Shown one piece after another: positions 30,367 to 39,514 of a DNA stretch of 61,404 nt. The position numbers were made by a program, and so were the translations under genes. The DNA lies in the NCBI GenBank assembly GCA_964603995.1, contig CAZRXH010000006.1:1-61404 (forward strand). Direction: 5' to 3'. Each line of letters opens with the position of its first letter. Within the stretch, counting starts at the first letter, position 1. The notes beneath the pieces are model-generated. The model was not told where the DNA came from. It worked only from the letters and a program-made list of their open reading frames with translations, and searched no databases. The stretch is from an uncultured Bacteroidota bacterium. Lineage in GTDB: Bacteria > Bacteroidota > Ignavibacteria > Kryptoniales > JAKASW01.

Positions 30367-32637
30367 TCAGTGTGCGACGTTCTTGATCTTGTCGATTGCC
30401 TCCACTGCACAAACGGCGGCGATGTTGACGATGGCGTTCACGTCGCAGCCTTGTTGCAGGACATGGACCGGCTTCTTCATTCCCATCAGGACTGGCCCGA
30501 GCAGGGCAGCGCCTCCGATCTTTCCCATGAGTTTGTATGCAATGTTTCCGGCATTCAGGTCCGGGAAGATCAGTGTGTTGACGCCGTTCTTGAGCGTTGA
30601 GAATGGATAGACCTCTTCCAGCACATCCGGCGAGAGCGCGACATCCGCCTGGACTTCGCCGTCGATAACGAGAGTCGGATCAAGTTTGCGCGCGAGAGCG
30701 ACGGCCTGCTGGACTTTGATCGACTGCGGAAGCCGCGTATTTCCAAAATTGCTGAACGAAAGCATGGCCACTCTCGGGACGATGTTGAAGCGCCTGACGA
30801 CTTCAGCTGTCATGATAGCGATCTCGGCGAGGTCCTCTGCGGTCGGATCGATGTTGACGGTTGTGTCGGCGAAGAAGTAAGTGTCGCGTTTGGTCATGAC
30901 AATATAAAGGCCCGCAACCCTTGTTCTCTTCTCAGCCATGCCGATGACCTGAAGGGCGGGCCTGATTGTGTTTGGATAAGACTGCGTCAATCCGGAGACG
31001 AGTCCATCGGCATCTCCCATGCGTACCATCATGGCACCGAGGTAGTTTGGGCGTTCTATATATCGTGAGGCCTCCGCGCGTGTCATTCCTTTCCGCTGGC
31101 GCATCTTGAATAGTTCGTCTATATACTCTTCCCGTTTTTCAAACTTCGACGGATCGATCACCTCTATGCCTTCCGTGTCGATCTTCATTTCATGGGCTTT
31201 CAATTCAATCTGTGCTCTCTTGCCGAGCAAAACAGGTTTCGCGATCTCTTCGTCGATTATGATCTGTGCGGCGTGAAGAACCTTTGCCTCTTCGCCTTCA
31301 GGAAACACGATTCGCATTCCGCTCCCCTGTGACTTCGTTATTGCGGTCCTGACGACGCTGCGAGTGATTCCCATTCTCTCTTCGATCTGGAACACGTACT
31401 TGTCCCAGTCCTGGATTTGAACCCGTGCGGTCCCTGTCTCGATAGCTGCTTTCGCCACCGCGGGCGCGACCCATGTTATCACCCGGGGGTCGAAGGGTTT
31501 AGGTATGATATATTCCTTGCCGAACTCAAGGTTAATGCCGCCATAGGCAACCTTCACGGAATCCGGGACTGGCTCTTTAGCAAGGCGGGCGAGGGCGTTG
31601 ACCGCCGCTATCTTCATCTCATCGTTAATGTTGCGGGCACGGACGTCGAGCGCTCCTCTGAATATGAACGGGAAGCCGAGGACGTTATTCACCTGGTTCG
31701 GGTAGTCACTTCGCCCAGTGGCCATGATTGCGTCCGGTCGCGCATCGACCGCGTCCTCATAACTTATTTCAGGATCAGGGTTCGCCATTGCAAAGATGAT
31801 TGGGTCAGGTGCCATCGAGCGGACCATTTCTTTACTCACTACATTTGCTACGGAGAGTCCTACGAAAACATCGGCGGAAACCAACGCCTGGGCTAACGTC
31901 CGGAATTTCGTATCCTGCGCGAATTGTTCCTTGTACCGGTTCATGTCGTTCGGTCTGCCCTTATAAATGACACCCTTTGAATCGCACATGATAACGTTCT
32001 CAAGTTTTGCACCGAGCTTGATGTAGAGTTTCGTGCATGCGATCGCAGCCGCCCCTGCACCGTTGATGACAATCTTAACCTTTGAAATATCTTTGTTTGC
32101 TACCTCAAGTGCGTTCAACAGGGCAGCAGAGCTGATGATTGCAGTTCCGTGCTGGTCATCATGAAACACGGGAATATTCATCGTCTCCTTCAATGTCTCC
32201 TCAACGATGAAGCAATCGGGTGCCTTAATATCTTCGAGGTTAATTCCTCCGAATGTCGGCTCGAGTGCCTTTGCGACCGCAATGATTTCCTCCGGTGTCC
32301 TGGCGTTGATCTCGATGTCGAACACGTCGATATCCGCGAATCTTTTGAACAGGACTCCCTTTCCCTCCATAACAGGTTTTCCCGCAAGCGGCCCGATATT
32401 TCCAAGCCCGAGAACGGCCGTCCCGTTCGAAAGCACCGCGACAAGATTTCCCTTTGAAGTGTATTCATAGGCAGCATCCGGACTCTTGTCGATAATCCGG
32501 CAGACCTCAGCAACTCCCGGCGTGTATGCCAGGGAGAGGTCGCGTTGTGTCATACAAGGTTTTGTTGGCACAACTTCAACTTTGCCTCTTCTTCCAGATG
32601 AGTGATATTCAAGTGCATCTTCTACGCGAATCTTCAT
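30367..32637 (-). CDS. maeB: NADP-dependent malic enzyme with PTA domain
   Basis: [45 protein letters not shown]-terminal PTA domain; start re-set to MKIR. Confidence 0.96.
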   Translation of the reverse strand: MKIRVEDALEYHSSGRRGKVEVVPTKPCMTQRDLSLAYTPGVAEVCRIIDKSPDAAYEYTSKGNLVAVLSNGTAVLGLGNIGPLAGKPVMEGKGVLFKRFADIDVFDIEINARTPEEIIAVAKALEPTFGGINLEDIKAPDCFIVEETLKETMNIPVFHDDQHGTAIISSAALLNALEVANKDISKVKIVINGAGAAAIACTKLYIKLGAKLENVIMCDSKGVIYKGRPNDMNRYKEQFAQDTKFRTLAQALVSADVFVGLSVANVVSKEMVRSMAPDPIIFAMANPDPEISYEDAVDARPDAIMATGRSDYPNQVNNVLGFPFIFRGALDVRARNINDEMKIAAVNALARLAKEPVPDSVKVAYGGINLEFGKEYIIPKPFDPRVITWVAPAVAKAAIETGTARVQIQDWDKYVFQIEERMGITRSVVRTAITKSQGSGMRIVFPEGEEAKVLHAAQIIIDEEIAKPVLLGKRAQIELKAHEMKIDTEGIEVIDPSKFEKREEYIDELFKMRQRKGMTRAEASRYIERPNYLGAMMVRMGDADGLVSGLTQSYPNTIRPALQVIGMAEKRTRVAGLYIVMTKRDTYFFADTTVNIDPTAEDLAEIAIMTAEVVRRFNIVPRVAMLSFSNFGNTRLPQSIKVQQAVALARKLDPTLVIDGEVQADVALSPDVLEEVYPFSTLKNGVNTLIFPDLNAGNIAYKLMGKIGGAALLGPVLMGMKKPVHVLQQGCDVNAIVNIAAVCAVEAIDKIKNVAH

Positions 32638-32828
32638 ACCATACTCCTTGTTTAGAACTCGTCCAACGGACCCCGACTTGCGCCGGGACATGCCCTGAGG
32701 TCTCGCTTTTGGCGGGGCACTCGTGAGTTGATTTCTTTGTCCTGTTGAAAAGTTAGTCAGTAGAATCTGAAAGTTCAAAGCAGACGATTTGCTGCCTTGC
32801 TGCGATTGCCCTACTATCAAAGCTAACC

Positions 32829-32857
32829 TTGTTTAACCCTGAAGACTCTGCTATATT
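32829..32857 (+). promoter_or_regulatory. Sigma70-type promoter for the lon2-dnaX operon
   Basis: TTGTTT-N17-TATATT. Confidence 0.55.
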
Positions 32858-32902
32858 TTTCCACCAATTCCCAACTAAGTTCCTTTTCAACCGGAGATTA
32901 TT

Positions 32903-35311
32903 TTGAAGGATTTTGAAGAAATTGAAGAAGCAGGCGACATAAAGAAGATTGAGGACATACCGACCCGGCTCCCGGTTCTTCCTCTGCGGGATTCAATCAT
33001 TCTCCCGTATATGCTATTCCCGATTCTTGTGGGGCGCCAACAATCTGTGGAGGCTGTCGAACTTGCTGCGAAGTCGAATAAGTTCATTCTGCTGGTGGCC
33101 CAGAAGGACAGCACACTCGAGGATCCCACGAAAGACGAGTTGTACAAGGTCGGGACCGTCGCGCGAATCCTCCAGGTGCTGAAACTCCCTAACGGATTGC
33201 TGAAGGTGCTGGTTGACGGTGTCGCGCAGGCTTTCATAAAGAAGTACTACAATGAAAAAGGAATCCTCTATGCGGATTACGCACCGAATACGACTTCTGC
33301 GAAAAAGGAATCTTCGTTGGACGCTTACGTCAAACACGCGGGCCAATTGTTCAGGGATTACGTCCACAACAGCCGTGACATACCGCCGGAAACCATCATG
33401 TCCTTCGACAACATGGACGAGCCCGACCGGAAGCTGTATTACATACTCGCCAACATCGAGCTTTCGGTTCCGGACAAGATAGGAATTTTCAGTCTGAAGA
33501 GCCTGCAGGAGCAATACGAATCGCTGATAAAGATATTAATAGGCGAAATCAACATTCTGAAAATTGAGCAGGAGATTGATGACAAGGTCCAGGACAGCAT
33601 ACAGAAAAATCAGCGGAGATATTACCTGCAGGAACAGGTGAGGATAATGCAGGACGAGCTGGGCGACGAGAACCCGACCGGCGAGTCAGCACAGTTGAAA
33701 GAGAAAATTGAAAAAGCGAAAATGCCTGCCGCGGCAAAAACGAAGGCGCTGGACGAGCTGGACAAGCTGAAAAGGACACAGGCGTTTTCACCGGAAGCGA
33801 CCGTAATACGCAACTATCTCGACTGGCTCCTTGACGTTCCCTGGTACAAGAGGACCCGCGACAACCTGGATATCAAGCATGTCAGGGAAATTTTAGACGA
33901 GGATCACTACGGTCTCGACAAACCCAAAGAGAGAATCGTGGAGCAGATAGCGGTTCTGAATCTCGTGAAGGAAATGCGTTCGCAGATACTTTGCTTCGTC
34001 GGCCCACCTGGAGTAGGGAAGACGTCCCTGGCGAAATCCATAGCTCGGGCGCTTGGTAGAAATTTCGTCAGGATTTCTCTGGGTGGAATAAGGGACGAGG
34101 CAGAGATTAGAGGCCATCGTCGCACTTACGTCGGATCGCTGCCGGGTCGTATCCTCCAGGCGATGAAGAAGGCCGGGGTCGTGAATCCCGTCATGCTGCT
34201 CGATGAGGTCGATAAACTCGCATTCGATTTTCATGGCGATCCCGCCGCGGCACTGCTGGAAGTTCTCGACCCGGAACAGAATCATTCCTTCCAGGACCAT
34301 TATCTGGAAGTGGATTATGATCTTTCGAAGGTACTGTTCATCACCACGGCGAACGTTCGGGAAAACATACCGGCGCCGCTCGAAGACAGGATGGAGATCA
34401 TAGAGCTTCCTGGCTATCTCGACTATGACAAAATTGAAATTGCGAAACGGCATATCATACCGAAACAGCTCAGAGCTCATGGAATCGCCCCGGAATACGC
34501 CAGGTGCGACGATGCGGGTCTGCTGAAGATTATCCGTGAATATACTTGGGAAGCAGGCGTCAGGAACCTCGAACGTTCAATCGCAGGAGTGTGCCGAAAG
34601 ATCGCGAGAGAGATAGTCGTCCAGAAAAACGGGAAGAACGGGAAGATCAACCAGATCGAGGTGGACGAGAAAAGGATAGAGGAATTTCTCGGCGTTCCGA
34701 AATTTCATTCGAAGCAGATCATGAAGAAGAACCGTTTGGGTGTAGCTCTTGGGCTTGCGTGGACTAGTGGAGGTGGCGATATTCTAAACGTCGAAGCGAT
34801 ATTGATGGAAGGACCAGACAGGTTGCAGTTGACGGGACGTCTAGGAAATGTAATGCAGGAATCAGCACGCGCAGCACTCACATACGTCAGGGCAAATGCT
34901 GCACGGTTCGGCATCCCGAAGAATTTTCATAAGGGAAAAGAGATCCACATACACGTCCCGGAAGGAGCGACTCCCAAAGACGGTCCCTCCGCGGGGCTGA
35001 CGATGTCCATCGCACTCATCTCCGCAGCCGGCAAGAAACCCGTTAGAACAGATGTAGCCATGACCGGTGAGATCAACCTGAACGGCGAAGTCCTGCCGAT
35101 CGGCGGCTTGATGGAGAAGATGCTTGCGGCCAAGAGATATGGAATCAAGAAGGTGCTTATTCCGAAAGACAACTTGAAAGACTTGAGCGAGATTCCGGAA
35201 AAGTTGAAGGAAGGAATAACCGTAGTGCCGATAGAAAAAATTGAAGACGCGGTCAGCCATGTCTTCGATGACAAGTCGAAAGGCAGTAAGTCCGCACGGA
35301 AAAAGAGATGA
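32903..35311 (+). CDS. lon: Lon protease, paralogue 2
   Basis: LPVLPLRD, GPPGVGKTS, PKDGPSAG, IGGLMEK; TTG start after GGAG. Confidence 0.95.
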   Translation: MKDFEEIEEAGDIKKIEDIPTRLPVLPLRDSIILPYMLFPILVGRQQSVEAVELAAKSNKFILLVAQKDSTLEDPTKDELYKVGTVARILQVLKLPNGLLKVLVDGVAQAFIKKYYNEKGILYADYAPNTTSAKKESSLDAYVKHAGQLFRDYVHNSRDIPPETIMSFDNMDEPDRKLYYILANIELSVPDKIGIFSLKSLQEQYESLIKILIGEINILKIEQEIDDKVQDSIQKNQRRYYLQEQVRIMQDELGDENPTGESAQLKEKIEKAKMPAAAKTKALDELDKLKRTQAFSPEATVIRNYLDWLLDVPWYKRTRDNLDIKHVREILDEDHYGLDKPKERIVEQIAVLNLVKEMRSQILCFVGPPGVGKTSLAKSIARALGRNFVRISLGGIRDEAEIRGHRRTYVGSLPGRILQAMKKAGVVNPVMLLDEVDKLAFDFHGDPAAALLEVLDPEQNHSFQDHYLEVDYDLSKVLFITTANVRENIPAPLEDRMEIIELPGYLDYDKIEIAKRHIIPKQLRAHGIAPEYARCDDAGLLKIIREYTWEAGVRNLERSIAGVCRKIAREIVVQKNGKNGKINQIEVDEKRIEEFLGVPKFHSKQIMKKNRLGVALGLAWTSGGGDILNVEAILMEGPDRLQLTGRLGNVMQESARAALTYVRANAARFGIPKNFHKGKEIHIHVPEGATPKDGPSAGLTMSIALISAAGKKPVRTDVAMTGEINLNGEVLPIGGLMEKMLAAKRYGIKKVLIPKDNLKDLSEIPEKLKEGITVVPIEKIEDAVSHVFDDKSKGSKSARKKR

Positions 35312-35388
35312 GCTATCTCGTAACCGCGCGCAAATGGCTCCCGATGTCTGTGATTATTAAGATGAAGAAGAAGGTGAGCATACGATGA
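35308..35388 (+). other. Duplicated dnaX 5' end forming a 26-codon mini-ORF (MSYLVTARKWLPMSVIIKMKKKVSIR)
   Basis: First 39 nt match the dnaX start at 35991 (34/39). Its ATG overlaps the lon stop and its TGA overlaps the DUF433 ATG. Confidence 0.85.
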
Positions 35389-35612
35389 AGGAATTGAGTG
35401 AGCGCATTGTGATTGACCCCGCGATTCGTTTCGGCAAGCCCATCATTAAGGGAACTAGAGTTCCCGTCGAAGTAATTCTTGGCCGCCTTGCAGCAGGATT
35501 ATCGTACGAAGAGGTGATGAAGGAGTATGATGTCACAAGAGAGGACATCCTTGCCGTGTTGCTTTATGCTTCGCAATATTTGTCCCACGAAGAAGTTGCG
35601 TCTGTAAAATGA
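35385..35612 (+). CDS. DUF433 antitoxin (VapB45-like)
   Basis: RIVIDPAIRFGKPIIKGTRVPV...EDILAVLLYA. Confidence 0.92.
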   Translation: MKELSERIVIDPAIRFGKPIIKGTRVPVEVILGRLAAGLSYEEVMKEYDVTREDILAVLLYASQYLSHEEVASVK

Positions 35613-35613
35613 T

Positions 35614-35973
35614 ATGGCGGTTTTTCTTGTTGATGAAGACTTGCCACGTTCAACCGTTTCATTGCTGAAGAAACTCAATATTGAGAGTATCGATGTCCGA
35701 GATTGCGGCTTGCGTGGAAGGTCCGATGAAGAGATATATGAATTTGCCGTCGAACACAAAATGGCTATTCTCACTGCAGACAGAGGATTTGGAAACATCC
35801 ATCGTTTCTCGCTGGGTTCACACAGCGGAATTGTTATTCTGAAATTTTCAAATGAGATATCATCAGCAGATTTTGACAATTTCGTTCTTCATAATTTGAG
35901 CAGAGCGGACTTGGGTGGAATTACGGGTTGTGTCGTAATTGTTGAAGATGATAAGATAAGAATTAGAAAATAG
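35614..35973 (+). CDS. DUF5615 PIN-like toxin (VapC45-like)
   Basis: FLVDEDLP, G.SDEEI, ILTADRGF, HSGIVIL; 1 nt after DUF433. Confidence 0.88.
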   Translation: MAVFLVDEDLPRSTVSLLKKLNIESIDVRDCGLRGRSDEEIYEFAVEHKMAILTADRGFGNIHRFSLGSHSGIVILKFSNEISSADFDNFVLHNLSRADLGGITGCVVIVEDDKIRIRK

Positions 35974-35990
35974 TGACGAGAATAATTTAG

Positions 35991-37658
35991 ATGTCCTATT
36001 TGGTAACCGCGCGCAAATGGCGCCCGATGCGTTTTGACGAAGTGACTGCGCAGGAACACGTCACCGTCACGATGAAGAACGCGATCATCCGCAACCGCAT
36101 CGCTCACGCCTACCTCTTCAGCGGGCCGAGTGGTGTCGGCAAGACTACAACGGCTCGCATTTTTGCGAAAGCGATCAACTGCCGAAATGTCGTAGAAGGT
36201 GAGCCGTGCAACAAATGTGACGTCTGCGGAGAGATAACCGAGGGAAGAAGCCTGGACGTAATCGAAATCGACGGCGCTTCCAACAGGGGCATCGATGAGA
36301 TCCGGGACTTGCGTGAGTCGGTTCGCTACTCTCCATCGCGACTGAAATATAAGGTCTACATAATAGACGAAGTTCATATGCTCACCAAGGAGGCATTCAA
36401 CGCGCTCCTGAAGACTCTCGAGGAACCGCCCGAGTACGCGGTATTTGTGCTGGCGACAACCGAACCTCACAAGGTGATTCCCACTATTCTCACCCGGTGT
36501 CAGAGATTCGATTTCAAAAGGATCGAGGTAGAGAAAATAATAGAGCGACTTCGCTTCATAGCGGAGGAGGAGAAGATTGCGGTCGATGAGGAATCATTTG
36601 TAACCATTGCCAAGAAGGGCGATGGTTCAATGAGGGACGCGCTCAGTATATTTGATCAGGTTGCGGCGTTCTGCGGAAATGAGATTAAGCATGATGTCGT
36701 CGTTGAAGCTCTCAGCCTTGTGGATAGTGAGTTTTTCTTCAAGACTACTGAGCTAATAGAAAAAAATGATTCGAAAGGTGCCGTTGAACTTGCGTCTCAG
36801 ATAATTGCCCGCGGTTATGATTCCGTCGATTTTTTGGAAGGGTTATCGGAGCACGTAAGAAACTTGCTTATCGCCTCAACCACGGGGAAAGCCGATCTCA
36901 TCGAGGCATCCGAAGACTACAGGAAGCGATATCTCGATGCGGCTGCCAGGTTCGACAAGCTCGACCTGCTCCGAATGCTGAAGAGTATCAGTGAAGCGAT
37001 TCAGCAGATTAAATACGTGTCACAGCCGAGAATCAAGCTGGAAATGACTTTGCTGCAGTTGGCCAACATGGAACGCTCCGTTAAGCTGCGCGACCTTCTT
37101 CAGCAGGTGGAGGAGCTAAAAAAAAACTTAACTAGCCACAGGGCCTCACTCGGGGAGGTGCAGGTACCCCGTCCGGCCTCAGGGGCGGTGTCGTCAGGCT
37201 CTTCATTTAAAGAGAGCCGTCCATCGTATGCAGAAAGAAAAGTGCCTCCTGTCGCTGCACCGAGCGGTCCCGTCTCGCGCCCCACGGCAAGAAGCACTGA
37301 GGAAGGACCATCTCATGCTGCCAGTCAGACGTCTTTCCAGGAAATTAATGTGCGCTGGGATGAATTCCTCTTGGCTGTGCGCAAAGAGAGAATCGGGGTT
37401 TGGACGCAGCTTGTGAACCTGAAACCGCTTGGGGTGAAGAACGGCTGGCTGATTCTCGGGGCGCCGAACGAAGTTGTAATAGGAATGACGAAGCCTTACA
37501 AGAGTTACATACAGGATGCTATCCTGAGGACGCTGGGGGCACGCGTGGCGATCGACTTCACTATTGTCGAAAGCAAACAGCCCGTTGATAATGATGACAA
37601 CGATCCGATTATAAAATATCTGAAGGACGAATTCGGTGCTGAACCACTTGAATCATAA
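35991..37658 (+). CDS. dnaX: DNA polymerase III subunit gamma/tau
   Basis: ARKWRP, GPSGVGKTT, C-x-PCNKCDVC zinc module, EIDGASNRGID, IIDEVHML, TRCQ. Confidence 0.97.
   Translation: MSYLVTARKWRPMRFDEVTAQEHVTVTMKNAIIRNRIAHAYLFSGPSGVGKTTTARIFAKAINCRNVVEGEPCNKCDVCGEITEGRSLDVIEIDGASNRGIDEIRDLRESVRYSPSRLKYKVYIIDEVHMLTKEAFNALLKTLEEPPEYAVFVLATTEPHKVIPTILTRCQRFDFKRIEVEKIIERLRFIAEEEKIAVDEESFVTIAKKGDGSMRDALSIFDQVAAFCGNEIKHDVVVEALSLVDSEFFFKTTELIEKNDSKGAVELASQIIARGYDSVDFLEGLSEHVRNLLIASTTGKADLIEASEDYRKRYLDAAARFDKLDLLRMLKSISEAIQQIKYVSQPRIKLEMTLLQLANMERSVKLRDLLQQVEELKKNLTSHRASLGEVQVPRPASGAVSSGSSFKESRPSYAERKVPPVAAPSGPVSRPTARSTEEGPSHAASQTSFQEINVRWDEFLLAVRKERIGVWTQLVNLKPLGVKNGWLILGAPNEVVIGMTKPYKSYIQDAILRTLGARVAIDFTIVESKQPVDNDDNDPIIKYLKDEFGAEPLES
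37109..37135 (+). promoter_or_regulatory. dnaX A9 slippage/frameshift site
   Basis: GGAGGAG-CT-A9-CTTAACTAG; stops immediately in both the +1 (TAA 37129) and -1 (TAG 37133) frames. Confidence 0.75.
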
Positions 37659-38694
37659 TCGTTATTTCTTCTCAATAGTGGCGATCTCTATGGCAGCCAT
37701 ATTCGCGGCGTCGCCGAACGTGAGTGCGCAGGGGATCACTATTGCGAAATATGCAAACGATTTCCTGACAATCGGTGTCGGTGGCAGGGCGCTCGGAATG
37801 GGAAGCGCATACACCTCGGTAGCGAACGATGTCACCGCGGGTTACTGGAACCCCGCAGGGTTGGCACAGATCAAATATCCCGAAATAATGCTGATGCACG
37901 ACCAGCGATATGCAGACGCGGTGAGCTTCAACTACGGCGCGGGTGCGATGGCGCTCTCCAAAGACGAGACTGTCGGCCTGAGTGTAATCGTGCTGAACGT
38001 GAGCGGAATTCCGAACACACAGAACGCCGGGGTCGATGCAAACGGCAATCCGATCTCTCCGACGGACAACCTGGTCGGAGGTCTGAGCCGCCTCGACTAC
38101 TCGAAGATAACCTTCTTCAGTGCAACAGACGTTGCGGTCATCGGAAGCTACGCGAAGCGCGCAAGCGACAATTTCTCTTACGGAGCTAACGTAAAATTCA
38201 TTCGAAGGAGCATCGGTTCGACCTACGGGACAGGTATCGGATTTGATGTCGGGGCTCTTTATACGCCTTTCAGCAATTTCAGGCTGGGCGCAAACCTTCA
38301 GAACGCGACGACTACAGTTGTTGCATGGACAACCGGAACCACCGAGGTCTCGACACCGACGCTTGCCACGGGCGCAAGCTACAACCTATCCTTAGGACCC
38401 GTAAATGTATTACCGGCGGTCGACCTCCTTTTCAATGCCGACAACCTGGGTGCCTCTTCCACTGTTCACCTTGGGCCGCTTAGCGCAGATCTGCGGGCGG
38501 GAGCCGAGGTGAGTTACAAGAATGTCATTGCAATTCGTGCGGGATACAACGAGGTGAAGCAGTTCACGGTTGGAGCGGGAATTCACCTGCCGAAGCTTGA
38601 AATAGATTATTCTTTTGCCAGGTTCGCCTATTCTGGAGCGCTTGGTGATACACACAGGATATCGCTCGAGCTTGTTCTCGACAATAGCAACTAA
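37636..38694 (+). CDS. PorV/PorQ-family outer-membrane beta-barrel (T9SS-associated)
   Basis: FLTIGVGGRALGMGSA, YWNPAGLA, GFDVGAL, DYSF..LGDTHRISL; start uncertain. Confidence 0.85.
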   Translation: MLNHLNHNRYFFSIVAISMAAIFAASPNVSAQGITIAKYANDFLTIGVGGRALGMGSAYTSVANDVTAGYWNPAGLAQIKYPEIMLMHDQRYADAVSFNYGAGAMALSKDETVGLSVIVLNVSGIPNTQNAGVDANGNPISPTDNLVGGLSRLDYSKITFFSATDVAVIGSYAKRASDNFSYGANVKFIRRSIGSTYGTGIGFDVGALYTPFSNFRLGANLQNATTTVVAWTTGTTEVSTPTLATGASYNLSLGPVNVLPAVDLLFNADNLGASSTVHLGPLSADLRAGAEVSYKNVIAIRAGYNEVKQFTVGAGIHLPKLEIDYSFARFAYSGALGDTHRISLELVLDNSN

Positions 38695-39307
38695 GGTTAT
38701 CATACCGCTTCAGCTTATCGTGGCCATGAGCCTTGCCTCGTGCTCAGGCAACTATGAGAAGCTGACGTTCAATTCTGCCGAACAGCGTTCCTACATCGAT
38801 CAACTCGAGAATTTCAGAGAAAGAAAAGATATCTTCCTCAGATCGGATGTCTTCTCACCGCTCACGAGTGAACAAAAGGCGAGCCGCCCTCATCTCAATT
38901 ACTATCCGCCGAATTTCAATCTGATATTCAGAGTGAGGTTAATCAAGGAAGAAACTCCGGAGAAGGTAGGGATACAAGCGACTGGTGGCGAGACGAGACC
39001 GGCGATCAGATACGGCAAATTCGAATTTGAGGTTGACGGGAAAGTGCTGAGACTCAACGTGTACAAGATGATCGGGGATGGATCAAACGAACTCTTTCTG
39101 CCGTTCACCGACGAGACGTGCGGAAAGAATTCATACTCGGGCGGGAGATACATTGACCTGAGAGTAAATAATTCGGGGGAATATGTCCTCGATTTCAACT
39201 ATGCTTACAATCCTTACTGCGCATACAACCACAATTACAGTTGTCCGATAGTGCCGCAGGAGAATCATCTTGATGTTGCGATCAGAGCAGGCGAGATGAA
39301 TTATTGA
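38615..39307 (+). CDS. DUF1684 family lipoprotein
   Basis: LFLPFTDET, YSGGRYID, LDFNYAYNPYCAY...CP..P.EN; lipobox LASC. True start is probably downstream of 38615. Confidence 0.88.
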   Translation: MPGSPILERLVIHTGYRSSLFSTIATKVIIPLQLIVAMSLASCSGNYEKLTFNSAEQRSYIDQLENFRERKDIFLRSDVFSPLTSEQKASRPHLNYYPPNFNLIFRVRLIKEETPEKVGIQATGGETRPAIRYGKFEFEVDGKVLRLNVYKMIGDGSNELFLPFTDETCGKNSYSGGRYIDLRVNNSGEYVLDFNYAYNPYCAYNHNYSCPIVPQENHLDVAIRAGEMNY

Positions 39308-39514
39308 ATCCGGATTACCGTCCGGGGGCTGCTGCGAAACAAACCGATTCTGATTCCTGAACTGACAGACTCACATCAGTCTGAAGTGTCGGCTGTGCTG
39401 TTTTGTTCGATGATGCATGCCAGGTTCCTTGTTTGATGCAGATAAACTGCACCTTTTGCGCCCTTTTGTAACAAAAGATTGCAGAAAGCGAATAGTAGAA
39501 TTAGATTAGAACAC

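Noticed and set aside
30037-30600. 187-aa ORF between nirK and maeB
   Set aside because: It overlaps the maeB 3' end antisense and an AT-rich regulatory stretch, with no motifs. The GGCGGAGGC/GCCTCCGCC inverted repeat (30208-30255) may simply be a terminator-like structure.
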